64,000 nucleotides of DNA from Parvibaculum sp. GTDB lineage: Bacteria; Pseudomonadota; Alphaproteobacteria; Parvibaculales; Parvibaculaceae. The position numbers and the translations under genes are program-made. The stretch is from positions 4,715 to 68,714 of the forward strand of contig NZ_JBBECC010000152.1 in the NCBI RefSeq assembly GCF_040882025.1. Reading direction: 5' to 3'. Shown in pieces: positions 28,984 through 38,051 of this stretch (position 1 is the first letter of the stretch; each line of letters begins with the position of its first letter). The notes under the pieces were generated by a model. That model made no database searches. It was not told the origin of the DNA and was given only the letters and a program-made list of their open reading frames with translations.

Positions 28984-29510
28984 AGCCGCGCGGCTTTGCG
29001 TCTCGTTTGCATGGATGGGATTGAAAAAATTGAAGGGAGCGAAACGTAATCGTTTGCGCTAAGGCGCAACCCCGCTCAAGCGGAAGCCCCGGATTTTCCT
29101 GTCGGGCGTTCCCTCGCGGGGTTGCATTTGGATGTGCTGTTCGCACTCGCCCGCGCTATAAAGCCGGGCTTTTCTCCGTGCCTTCCACCCGCGCGCTCAA
29201 TTAGCGTCACGCTGGCGTCAGTGTTTTTCCGCGCTTTTCCCTTGGCCTAAACGGTTTACCGACCGGTCACGCATGAGAACAGCGTCGGGTCTTGGCAATG
29301 GATCGAAATCTCTCGGTTTTTACAGGGATTCGACCTGCGTCGGTGGAGCCATCTTCGAAACCTCCTCCTTCGTGAGACATGAAAATGCTACGCCTCATCG
29401 TGCAAAGGTCAAGGGAAATAAGGGTTTCTCGTTGGGTCCTTTGAGTCAAGCATGCTGACCGATTTACGGCCGAAAAAAATCTGTAGACGGATCAAAATTT
29501 GCCCGCAACG

Positions 29511-29540
29511 AAAAAGGCCGGAGCTTTCGCTCCGGCCTTT
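29511..29540 (-). terminator. Rho-independent terminator of glnA
   Basis: Minus strand AAAGGCCGGAGC-GAAA-GCTCCGGCCTTTTT, 21 nt after the glnA stop. Confidence 0.9.
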
Positions 29541-29561
29541 CCGTTCGCCGATCCCGGAGGA

Positions 29562-30968
29562 TCAGATCGAATAGTACATGTCGTATTCGACCGGATGCGG
29601 CGTCATTTCGTAGCGCATGCATTCTTCCCACTTCAGTTCCAGATAGGCGTCGATCTGGTCGTCGGTGAACACATTGCCCTTGGTCAGGAACTTGCGGTCG
29701 GCGTCGACCGAGATCAGCGCCTCGCGCAAGCTGCCGCAAACCGTCGGAATGTTCTTTAGCTCTTCCGGCGGCAGCGCGTAGAGATCCTTGTCCATCGGCC
29801 CGCCCGGATCGATCTTGTTTTCGATCCCGTCGAGACCGGCCATCAGCATCGCCGCGAAGGCGAGATAGGGATTGGCCGTCGGATCGGGGAAGCGGATTTC
29901 GATGCGCTTGGCCTTCGGCGAGGTGCCGTAGGGAATGCGGCAGGAGGCCGAGCGGTTGCGCGCCGAATAGGCGAGCAGCACCGGCGCTTCATAGCCCGGC
30001 ACCAGCCGCTTGTAGCTGTTGGTCGACGGGTTGGTGAAGGCGTTGAGCGCCTTGGCATGCTTGAGGATGCCACCGATATACCAGAGGCACTCCTGGCTGA
30101 GATCGGCATATTTGTTGCCGGCGAAGAGCGGCTTGCCGTCCTTCCAGATCGACTGGTGGCAATGCATGCCCGAGCCGTTGTCGCCGAACACCGGCTTCGG
30201 CATGAAGGTCGCCGTTTTGCCGAAGGCATGCGCGACGTTGTGGATTACGTATTTGTAGATCTGCAGATGGTCGGCCACCGTCGTCAGCGTCGCGAACTTG
30301 ATGCCGAGCTCGTGCTGGGCGGCGGCGACTTCGTGGTGGTGCTTTTCAATGGTGACGCCCATCTCGCCCATCACCGTCAGCATCTCGCCGCGCAGGTCCT
30401 GGCAGGAGTCGATCGGGTTGACCGGGAAATAGCCACCCTTGGTGCGCGGCCGGTGCCCGAGATTGCCCGTCTCGTAATGCGTGTCGGTATTGGTCGGCAG
30501 TTCGACCGAGTCGACCTCGAAACCGGTCTTGTAGGGGCTCGTGGAAAACTTCACGTCGTCGAAGATGAAGAATTCGGCTTCCGGGCCGAACACCACCGTG
30601 TCGCCGATGCCGGTCGACTTGAGATAGGCCTCGGCGAGCTTGGCCGTGCCGCGCGGATCGCGCGAATAGGGCTCGCCGGTCGACGGCTCCAGAATGTCGC
30701 AGAAGATCGCCAGCGTCGTCTGCGCATAGAACGGGTCGATGGTCGCCGTCGCGGTATCGGGCAGCAGGATCATGTCGGATTCGTTGATCGCCTTCCAGCC
30801 GGCGATGGACGAACCGTCGAACATGGTGCCTTCGGCCCAGAATTCGTCGTCGCAAAGGCCGATGTCGAACGTGACATGCTGCATCTTGCCGCGCGGGTCG
30901 GTGAAGCGCAGGTCGACGTATTTGACGTCCTTTTCCTTGATGATCTGCTGAATAGGTTTGCCGGCCAT
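29562..30968 (-). CDS. glnA: Glutamine synthetase type I
   Basis: [62 protein letters not shown] adenylylation loop. Confidence 0.99.
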   Translation of the reverse strand: MAGKPIQQIIKEKDVKYVDLRFTDPRGKMQHVTFDIGLCDDEFWAEGTMFDGSSIAGWKAINESDMILLPDTATATIDPFYAQTTLAIFCDILEPSTGEPYSRDPRGTAKLAEAYLKSTGIGDTVVFGPEAEFFIFDDVKFSTSPYKTGFEVDSVELPTNTDTHYETGNLGHRPRTKGGYFPVNPIDSCQDLRGEMLTVMGEMGVTIEKHHHEVAAAQHELGIKFATLTTVADHLQIYKYVIHNVAHAFGKTATFMPKPVFGDNGSGMHCHQSIWKDGKPLFAGNKYADLSQECLWYIGGILKHAKALNAFTNPSTNSYKRLVPGYEAPVLLAYSARNRSASCRIPYGTSPKAKRIEIRFPDPTANPYLAFAAMLMAGLDGIENKIDPGGPMDKDLYALPPEELKNIPTVCGSLREALISVDADRKFLTKGNVFTDDQIDAYLELKWEECMRYEMTPHPVEYDMYYSI

Positions 30969-31110
30969 TTGATCCTCTTTCCCTGTTGCCCTTTAGGGGT
31001 TCGTGCGTCGGGCTTGCGCCCTCTCGTTAAAATCGCGCGCGGGCCTTCCGGGGCCGCGGCGCGCCATATTGTCGTTCAGCTCGAAATCGTCAAATCGTTC
31101 CTCTGGCTCG

Positions 31111-31557
<447 letters not shown>

Positions 31558-31580
31558 TTATGTGTTTGAGCGGGGTCTGC

Positions 31581-31621
31581 TGCCCGGCTTTTATGCAGCT
31601 TGAATGCACATAAAACAGGCA
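31581..31621. promoter_or_regulatory. Tandem NtrC-like enhancer sites
   Basis: 17-bp TGC-N11-GCA boxes TGCCCGGCTTTTATGCA (31581-31597) and TGCACATAAAACAGGCA (31605-31621), 60-100 bp upstream of the sigma54 promoter. Confidence 0.65.
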
Positions 31622-31773
31622 ACAAGAGTGAAAAACAGGCAGCAGCTTAACCAAACTCGACTTTAGGCGAAAACCCGCCCGGCCGCGCCCTTTTTCGCCG
31701 CGATTGACAGCTTGGCCCCGCCCCGCGACAAAACGCCGGCAAGGTTTCACGTGAAAAGGCGAGGGCAGGGCGG

Positions 31774-32958
31774 ATGCGGGCGGCAAGCCGGGTGTTTTCG
31801 GGTCTGGGCACGACCATCTTCACGACCATGTCGGCGCTGGCCGCCGAGCACGGCGCCATCAATCTCGGCCAGGGCTTCCCCGACGATGAGGGCCCGGACG
31901 ACATCCGCGCCGTCGCCGCGAAAGCGATCATGGAGGGCCCCAACCAGTACCCGCCGATGATGGGCCTGCCCGCGCTGCGCCAGGCGGTCGCCGCCGCCAA
32001 CAGGCGCTTCTACGGCCTCGACATGGACTGGCAGACCGAAGTGATGGTCACCTCCGGCGCCACCGAGGCGCTCGGCGACTGCCTGATGGGCCTTCTGAAC
32101 CCCGGCGACGAGGCGATCCTCTTCGAGCCCGCCTATGACAGCTACAAGCCCGTCATTGAGGCGCTGGGCGCCAGGGCCGTCCCGGTTGCACTGGAGGCGC
32201 CGCACTGGTCGCTGCCGCTGGAGGCCCTCGAGGCGGTCTTCTCGGACCGGACCAAGCTCGTCCTCCTCAACACGCCCATGAACCCGACCGGCAAGGTCTT
32301 CTCCCGCGCCGAACTCGAGGCCATCGCCGCCCTCATGCTTCGCCATGATGCCTATGCCGTCTGCGACGAGGTCTATGAGCACCTGGTCTTTTCGGGCGCC
32401 GCCCATGTCCCGCTGATGGCGCTGCCCGGCATGCGCGAGCGCTGCCTGCGCATCGGCTCGGCCGGCAAGACCTTTTCCCTCACCGGCTGGAAGGTCGGCT
32501 ACGTCACCGGCCCCGCCCACCTGATGCAGCCCGTCGCCAAGGCGCACCAGTTCGTGACCTTCACCACGCCGCCGGCGCTGCAAACGGCGGTCGCCTACGG
32601 CCTCGGCAGGGACGACACCTATTTCGCCGGTCTCGCCGCGTCGCTCGAAGCGAAGCGCGACCTGCTCGCCAGGGGTCTCGCGGAAGCGGGCCTCGATGTT
32701 CTGCCCACGGACGGAACTTATTTCATCTCCGCCGATTTCCGCTCCCTCCTTAAAAACAAGGAGGGCTTCAACGGCACCGACGACGAATTCTGCCGCGACA
32801 TCACCGTCAAGGCGAAAGTCTCGGCCATCCCGCTCTCGGCCTTCTATGCTGACCCCGCCAGAGCCCCGCACCATCTCGCCCGTTTCTGCTTCTGCAAGCA
32901 GGACGCGGTGCTGATCGAAGCGAGTGCAAGGCTGAAGGCTTATGCAAAGGAGCGTTGA
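31774..32958 (+). CDS. Class I/II PLP aminotransferase (YbdL/kynurenine aminotransferase-like)
   Basis: AINLGQGFPD, NTPMNPTG, CDEVYEHL, SAGKTFSLTGWKVG, ARFCFCK. Confidence 0.93.
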   Translation: MRAASRVFSGLGTTIFTTMSALAAEHGAINLGQGFPDDEGPDDIRAVAAKAIMEGPNQYPPMMGLPALRQAVAAANRRFYGLDMDWQTEVMVTSGATEALGDCLMGLLNPGDEAILFEPAYDSYKPVIEALGARAVPVALEAPHWSLPLEALEAVFSDRTKLVLLNTPMNPTGKVFSRAELEAIAALMLRHDAYAVCDEVYEHLVFSGAAHVPLMALPGMRERCLRIGSAGKTFSLTGWKVGYVTGPAHLMQPVAKAHQFVTFTTPPALQTAVAYGLGRDDTYFAGLAASLEAKRDLLARGLAEAGLDVLPTDGTYFISADFRSLLKNKEGFNGTDDEFCRDITVKAKVSAIPLSAFYADPARAPHHLARFCFCKQDAVLIEASARLKAYAKER

Positions 32959-33525
32959 GTGAAATTCAGACTCGTATATGACGGAAAATTGAAGGGCGGT
33001 CAGAGCAAAGACGCCGCGCACATCCACGAGATTAGAAAGGAGTTTCACCGTCAGCTTGGTGTCCTCTGGATGACCGAACCGCTAAAAAGTTTTGTGGATG
33101 GCATCGCTGATCTAGGAGTTATGGAGGTTCCTTCAGAGTTCGAAGTTCTTGCTTCCGGTGGAGTGAAGTTTCTACCCATAGCTCAGGCAAAAAATCATCT
33201 TCTTGCTGAACTGAAAATATTGTTGTTGCGGCCGGCGCCTGCAGGAGCCTTGCTTCAACACGGTGGTGACATCGACAACCGAATTAAGACATTGATTGAC
33301 GCATTGCGTGTCCCAACTCCCGGTGAAGTAGCGAAACTCAAGCTACAATCGCAGGAAGAGATATTCTTCTGCGTGCTTGAAGACGACAAGCTCGTAACGA
33401 GCTTTGCAGTTGAAGCTGATACCTTGCTTGAGAATGGGGTTGACCATCAGTACTGCCACGCCGTGATAGAAGTACGGTTGTGGGCGAGCAAAGTTACGAT
33501 GGAAAATCTCGGTCTGATTTCGTGA
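32959..33525 (+). CDS. Hypothetical 188-aa protein with RusA-like nuclease motif; low-GC insertion
   Basis: GDIDNRIKTLIDAL...LEDDKLV motif; ~49% GC by hand count; SD AGGAG 6 nt before GTG. Confidence 0.75.
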   Translation: MKFRLVYDGKLKGGQSKDAAHIHEIRKEFHRQLGVLWMTEPLKSFVDGIADLGVMEVPSEFEVLASGGVKFLPIAQAKNHLLAELKILLLRPAPAGALLQHGGDIDNRIKTLIDALRVPTPGEVAKLKLQSQEEIFFCVLEDDKLVTSFAVEADTLLENGVDHQYCHAVIEVRLWASKVTMENLGLIS

Positions 33526-34184
33526 GCGCATTCAACACTCTCCGACGCCCCGCCGCTTCCGGCAAGGCCGAATGGCTTGTCGCCTTCCTGCACGGCTACG
33601 GTTCCTCCGGCGCCGAATTGATGTCCTTCGCCGACTACTGGCAGTCCTCCATGCCCGATGTCGCCTTCGTCGCGCCGGACGGTCCGGCGCCCACGAAAGA
33701 CGGCGGCTTCCAATGGATCGGCAAGCGCCCTGCCGGCGACCCGCGCCTCTATGACGACGCGGTCGAGGCCGCGCCGGCGCTCCACAACTTTCTCGACGCC
33801 GAACTCGCGCAAATCAATCTCGGGCCCGAACGTCTCGCACTTGTCGGCTTCAGCCAGGGCACGGTGATGGCGCTGCATCTCGGCCTGCGCCGCGCCGTCG
33901 CGCCGGCCGCCGTGCTCGGCTATTCGGGCGGTCTTGTCGGCGCGGACAAGCTGAAAGACGAAATCCGTTCGAAGCCGCCGGTCATGCTGGTGCATGGCGA
34001 GCAGGATGCGCTGGCGCCTGTCTACGGCATGATGGCTTCGGTCAAGGCGCTCAGCGAGGCGGGCATCGTCTGTCAGGGCGTGCCGATCCCCGGTCTCGGC
34101 CACGAGGTCAACGCCGACGCCCTGATCTATGGCGCGCGCTTCCTGCTCTCCGCCTTCGCCTTTCGCGAGAAGCACGGCGCCTGA
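33522..34184 (+). CDS. Phospholipase/carboxylesterase (alpha/beta hydrolase)
   Basis: LHGYGS, GFSQG, LVHGEQD, GLGHEV; GTGA overlap with the upstream gene. Confidence 0.9.
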   Translation: MSAFNTLRRPAASGKAEWLVAFLHGYGSSGAELMSFADYWQSSMPDVAFVAPDGPAPTKDGGFQWIGKRPAGDPRLYDDAVEAAPALHNFLDAELAQINLGPERLALVGFSQGTVMALHLGLRRAVAPAAVLGYSGGLVGADKLKDEIRSKPPVMLVHGEQDALAPVYGMMASVKALSEAGIVCQGVPIPGLGHEVNADALIYGARFLLSAFAFREKHGA

Positions 34185-34295
34185 CGCAACGGCGCCGCGC
34201 CGCGCCGTCCGCCGCTGGACAGCGCGCAACGAGCCGCTATTCTCGCCGCCAATCGTTAGCATCACGAACTAAAAGAATTTCAAGGGAGCCGCCTG

Positions 34296-35849
34296 ATGTC
34301 CGACAAACTCGACCCCCGCATGCCCGTCCTTGTCGGCTGCGGCCAGTTGGTCCAGAAGGAAAAGGATGTCGAGAAGGCGCTTTCGCCAATGCATCTGATG
34401 GCCGACGCCGCCCGCGCCGCCGCCGCCGACGCAGGGCTGGGCGACAAGCTCTGGGCCGCCATCGACAATGTCACGACGGTGCGCTTCATCACCGACAGCC
34501 CGGATTCAGGCAGGCTGCCGTTCGGCCGCTATCCGAACGCCTCGAAGACGCTGGCCAACATGCTCGGCGCCAGCCCTTCGAAAACCTGCTACGGCCCGAC
34601 CGGCGGCAATACACCGCAAATGCTGGTCAACCACACCGCCGAACTGATCGCCAATGGCGACACACAGGTGGCGCTCGTCGCCGGTTCGGAATGTTTCGGC
34701 ACGCTGATGCGCGCGCTGGGGCAGGGCAAACAGCTTCCCTGGCACGACGAAAATCCCGGCGGCAGCCGCATCGACATCGGCAACGAGAAAGCCGGCGTTA
34801 CTGAAGCCGAAAAGCGCCACAAGCTGCAATTCCCGGTCAACATCTATCCGATGTTCGAAAACGCCATTCGCGGCGCCAGGGGACGCAGCGTCCGCGACCA
34901 TCAGCTTGCCATCGGCCGCCTGATGGCACCCTTCACGGAAGTGGCGGCGAAGCATCCGCAAGCCTGGTTCCCGGTCGCCCGCACCCCGGAAGAAATCGCA
35001 ACGCCCACCGACGACAACCGCTATGTCGGCTTTCCCTACACGAAGTATATGAACGCGATCATGCAGGTCGATCAGGCCGCCGCCGTCGTCATGATGTCGG
35101 TCGAAAAGGCGCGCGAACTGGGTATCCCGCAATCGAAATGGGTCTTCCTGCATGGCTGCGCCGACGCCAACGATCTCTGGTATCCGACCGAGCGTGTCAA
35201 TTATCACTCATCGCCCGCGATCCGCATGATGGGCAGGAAGGCCTTTGCGATGTCGGGCTGGAAGATCGGCGACATCGATTATTTCGACCTTTATTCCTGC
35301 TTCCCGTCGGCCGTGCAGATCGGCCGCGACGAACTCGGCATCGTCGAAGACGATCCGCGCCCGCTCACCGTCACCGGCGGCTTGCCCTACTTCGGCGGCG
35401 CCGGCAACAACTACGTCATGCATTCGATCGCAACGATGATGGACAAGCTGCGCGCAAAGCCCGGCACGAAAGGCCTTTGCACTTCGAACGGCTGGTACGT
35501 CACCAAGCACGGCCTCGGCCTCTATTCGACGGCGCCGCGCGAAGGCAAATGGGAGCGCGAAAAGCCGGCCGCCTATCAGGCCGAGATCGACGCCGAGAAA
35601 CACCCGAAGGTCGAGGAAAAGCCGAACGGCAAGGCGAAGATCGAAACATACACGGTCGTCCATGGCCGCGGCGGCGCCGAATTCGCCATCCTCTTCGGCC
35701 GCATGGCCGACAGCGACGCCCGCTTCGTCGCTCACACGCCGAACGACCCCACAACGCTTCAGGACATGCTGACCCGCGACCAGCTCGGTCGCCCCGGCAG
35801 CGTGACCTCCCCTGCCGATGGCAGCGTCAACATCTTCACGCCTGAATAA
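34296..35849 (+). CDS. Thiolase-like protein (TLP1-type acetyl-CoA acetyltransferase family) with extra C-terminal domain
   Basis: GGNTPQ, PYTKYMNA, DLYSCFPSAV, LTVTGGLPYFGGAGNNY, C-terminal IETYTV domain. Confidence 0.85.
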   Translation: MSDKLDPRMPVLVGCGQLVQKEKDVEKALSPMHLMADAARAAAADAGLGDKLWAAIDNVTTVRFITDSPDSGRLPFGRYPNASKTLANMLGASPSKTCYGPTGGNTPQMLVNHTAELIANGDTQVALVAGSECFGTLMRALGQGKQLPWHDENPGGSRIDIGNEKAGVTEAEKRHKLQFPVNIYPMFENAIRGARGRSVRDHQLAIGRLMAPFTEVAAKHPQAWFPVARTPEEIATPTDDNRYVGFPYTKYMNAIMQVDQAAAVVMMSVEKARELGIPQSKWVFLHGCADANDLWYPTERVNYHSSPAIRMMGRKAFAMSGWKIGDIDYFDLYSCFPSAVQIGRDELGIVEDDPRPLTVTGGLPYFGGAGNNYVMHSIATMMDKLRAKPGTKGLCTSNGWYVTKHGLGLYSTAPREGKWEREKPAAYQAEIDAEKHPKVEEKPNGKAKIETYTVVHGRGGAEFAILFGRMADSDARFVAHTPNDPTTLQDMLTRDQLGRPGSVTSPADGSVNIFTPE

Positions 35850-35868
35850 AAAATGTCATTGCCTCTGG

Positions 35869-35928
35869 TCCCTCTCCCCAACGGGGAGAGGGAGGGGGCG
35901 GGCGTCAGCCCGCGGAAGGGTGAGGGGG
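35869..35928. repeat. REP-like/palindromic extragenic element
   Basis: TCCCTCTCCCC-AAC-GGGGAGAGGGA, then GCGGGC-GTCA-GCCCGC and GGGTGAGGGG. Resembles the CCCTCTCCC...GGGAGAGGG...GGGTGAGGG repeats common in Alphaproteobacteria. Confidence 0.7.
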
Positions 35929-35938
35929 CTTCACGCCC

Positions 35939-36304
35939 TCACCACAGCCACGTCTCGGGATCGGGCACCGGCTTGCCGTCCATCGCCAGCATGATGCCCT
36001 TGATCAGGCGGATCAGCGCCCAGACAACCGTCGCGAGCAGGATCAGGAAACCGATAAGGAGGAACGTCGTGATCGCGCCGACGACCGCGAACAGAAGGCT
36101 GATCCAGAAAGTGCGGATCAGATAGGTCAGGTGCGAGGCCGCCGCCGGCGTCGACTCGCCGCGTTTGAGATAGGCGACAATCACGCCCGCAATGGAGGTG
36201 ATGGCGGTGACGAAGCCGATGAAATAGAGAATATAGACGAGCTTGGCGATGCCGAATTCGTCGCTGCCCGTTTGCGCAACAGGGGGATTGGGCGTGTCGC
36301 TCAT
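35939..36304 (-). CDS. DUF4870-like membrane protein
   Basis: Three TM helices; VAYLKR...SHLTYLIRTFWI...RLIKG...PDPETW. Confidence 0.8.
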   Translation of the reverse strand: MSDTPNPPVAQTGSDEFGIAKLVYILYFIGFVTAITSIAGVIVAYLKRGESTPAAASHLTYLIRTFWISLLFAVVGAITTFLLIGFLILLATVVWALIRLIKGIMLAMDGKPVPDPETWLW

Positions 36305-36438
36305 GGATGCCTCCTCTGAAGAATCGCCTCCTGAAAGGCTAACCCCTCATCCGCCCCCTGACCATCGGCTTTCCCTTGCCGACGCAGCAGCAGGGCGCTA
36401 ATCCCTCCCGACAGCCATTGCACCCGCAGGAGCCGCCC

Positions 36439-37020
36439 ATGCCCACCATCTACATGATCCGCCACGGCGAGGCCGCCGCCGGCTGGGATGCCGACACCGA
36501 TCCGGGCCTCAGCGACAAGGGCCGCGCGCAATCGGAAGCCGTCGCCCGCGAAATCGAGACGCGCATCGGCCGCAAGCTGCCGCTGCTTTCCTCGCCGCTG
36601 CGCCGCTGCCGCGAAACCAGCGAACCGCTGGCCGCCAGCTGGGCCGCCACACCCGCCATTGAGCCCCGCGTTGCCGAAGTGCCGTCGCCCGTCGAAGACC
36701 TCGCCGCGCGCGGCGTCTGGCTCCGCCGTCTGATGGCCGGCACATGGGCCGACGCGCTGGCGCCGGAAATCACCGGCAACGGCAAGGTCGATCTCGCGGC
36801 CTGGCGCCGCGCCGTCATCGACGCGCTGACGGAGCGCAGCGAGGACACGGTGATCTTCTCTCATTTCATCGCCATCAACGTCGCCGCCGGCGCCGCAACG
36901 GGCGACGATCGCTTCATCACCTTCCGCCCCGACAATTGTTCCGTCACGATCTTCGAAACCGAAGGCCCCACGCTGAAGCTGGTCGAGCAGGGCAGGGAAG
37001 CCGACACCAAGGTTAATTGA
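36439..37020 (+). CDS. Histidine phosphatase (phosphoglycerate mutase) family protein
   Basis: MIRHGEA, SSPLRRCRET, FSHF, PDNCS; SD AGGAG. Confidence 0.9.
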   Translation: MPTIYMIRHGEAAAGWDADTDPGLSDKGRAQSEAVAREIETRIGRKLPLLSSPLRRCRETSEPLAASWAATPAIEPRVAEVPSPVEDLAARGVWLRRLMAGTWADALAPEITGNGKVDLAAWRRAVIDALTERSEDTVIFSHFIAINVAAGAATGDDRFITFRPDNCSVTIFETEGPTLKLVEQGREADTKVN

Positions 37021-37030
37021 GTTCCGCCGC

Positions 37031-37930
37031 CTACACCCGGTAATCCGCCTTCAAAATCTCCAGCAGCTTCCGCGACGCCGGGCTGAGATAACCGCCCTTG
37101 CGCACAATCGCCGTCACCGGATTGGCCGCATTGAGATCGCCCGCCCGAATGACAGCAAGCGATTTCGCGACGCGTTCCTCGGCAATGCTGCTTTCTGGCA
37201 GCAGCGCAATGCCGAAGCCGGCTTCAACCAGCCGCTTTTGCGCCGTCAGACTGTCGATGGCAGACCAGCGGAAATGGCCGACGCCGCGCAACAGAAACTG
37301 GGCGAAGATATTCGCCGCGGACGGCTCCTCGAAATCCGGTGGCGGCGGAAAGGCCAGCCAGTGTTCGTCGCCGAGATCGGCGAACCGCGCCATGCGCTTG
37401 TTCGCGCGCGCGTGATCCGGCGCGCAAGTCACGACAAGCGGCTCGGGCTTGAGGGCAAAGCCGATGAGGTCGGGCGACCGGTCGTTGAAATAGCGAAGCC
37501 CGATCGTCGCCTCGCCGCTCCGCACCAACTCGCTCACCTCGGCGCTTGTCGCCGTTCCGAGCGTCAGCGCGACACCCGGCGAGCGCGCCGCGAATTTCTT
37601 CAGAACGCGCGTCAGTCCGGCGCTCGCCAGCGTACCGACGACCGCAATCGAAACCGGCCCGCCATCGCCCGATTGCAGCGCCTTCAGCGCATCCGCCGTG
37701 TCCTTCAGCGCCGCCAGCACCCGCTCGGCATGCGGCAGCAGCACACGGCCCGCCTGGCTCAGCACGACGCCGCCCGTCACGCGCTCGAACAGCGGCGCCC
37801 CGATTTCCTCTTCCAGCAGCGCGATGCGGCGGCTGATTGCCGGTTGCGAGCGGTTCAGCACCTGTGCTGCCGGCGAGAACCCGCCTGTCCGGTGAATGGT
37901 CACGAAAGTATGGAGCGCCTCGGAATCCAT
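37031..37930 (-). CDS. LysR-family transcriptional regulator
   Basis: HTH FSPAAQVLNRSQPAISRRIALLEEEIGAPLFER plus substrate-binding domain. Confidence 0.93.
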   Translation of the reverse strand: MDSEALHTFVTIHRTGGFSPAAQVLNRSQPAISRRIALLEEEIGAPLFERVTGGVVLSQAGRVLLPHAERVLAALKDTADALKALQSGDGGPVSIAVVGTLASAGLTRVLKKFAARSPGVALTLGTATSAEVSELVRSGEATIGLRYFNDRSPDLIGFALKPEPLVVTCAPDHARANKRMARFADLGDEHWLAFPPPPDFEEPSAANIFAQFLLRGVGHFRWSAIDSLTAQKRLVEAGFGIALLPESSIAEERVAKSLAVIRAGDLNAANPVTAIVRKGGYLSPASRKLLEILKADYRV

Positions 37931-38051
37931 GCGCCGCCTCCCATGCAAAAAACAGATGACTATGATCCAAACTATAAATTGGACGAATAGGCACACAAGC
38001 CCCAATTTCCCGGCAACGCGAATCCCACCCGCCATGTCGAAGGAAACCGAA

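Noticed and set aside
29320-29352. tRNA/tmRNA-like fragment (GCAGG-TCGAATC-CCTGT, GGCTCCACC)
   Set aside because: The T-loop is non-canonical, there is no acceptor stem or CCA, and no tmRNA tag frame is present.
29150-29540. Resemblance to RNase P RNA ends (AAAAGCCCGGCTTTATAG on the minus strand; GAGCGAAAGCTCCGG)
   Set aside because: The universal GAGGAAAGTCC and internal AGTGCCACAGAAA-type elements are absent, and the apparent 5' match is the glnA terminator.
32954-33620. Integron-cassette-like signature around the RusA-like gene: GTTRRRY (GTTGAGT, 32954) before the start and RYYYAAC (ATTCAAC, 33530) after the stop
   Set aside because: No downstream GTTRRRY or L-boxes complete an attC hairpin, the sequence is esterase coding DNA, and there is no integrase. 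Short motifs can occur by chance.
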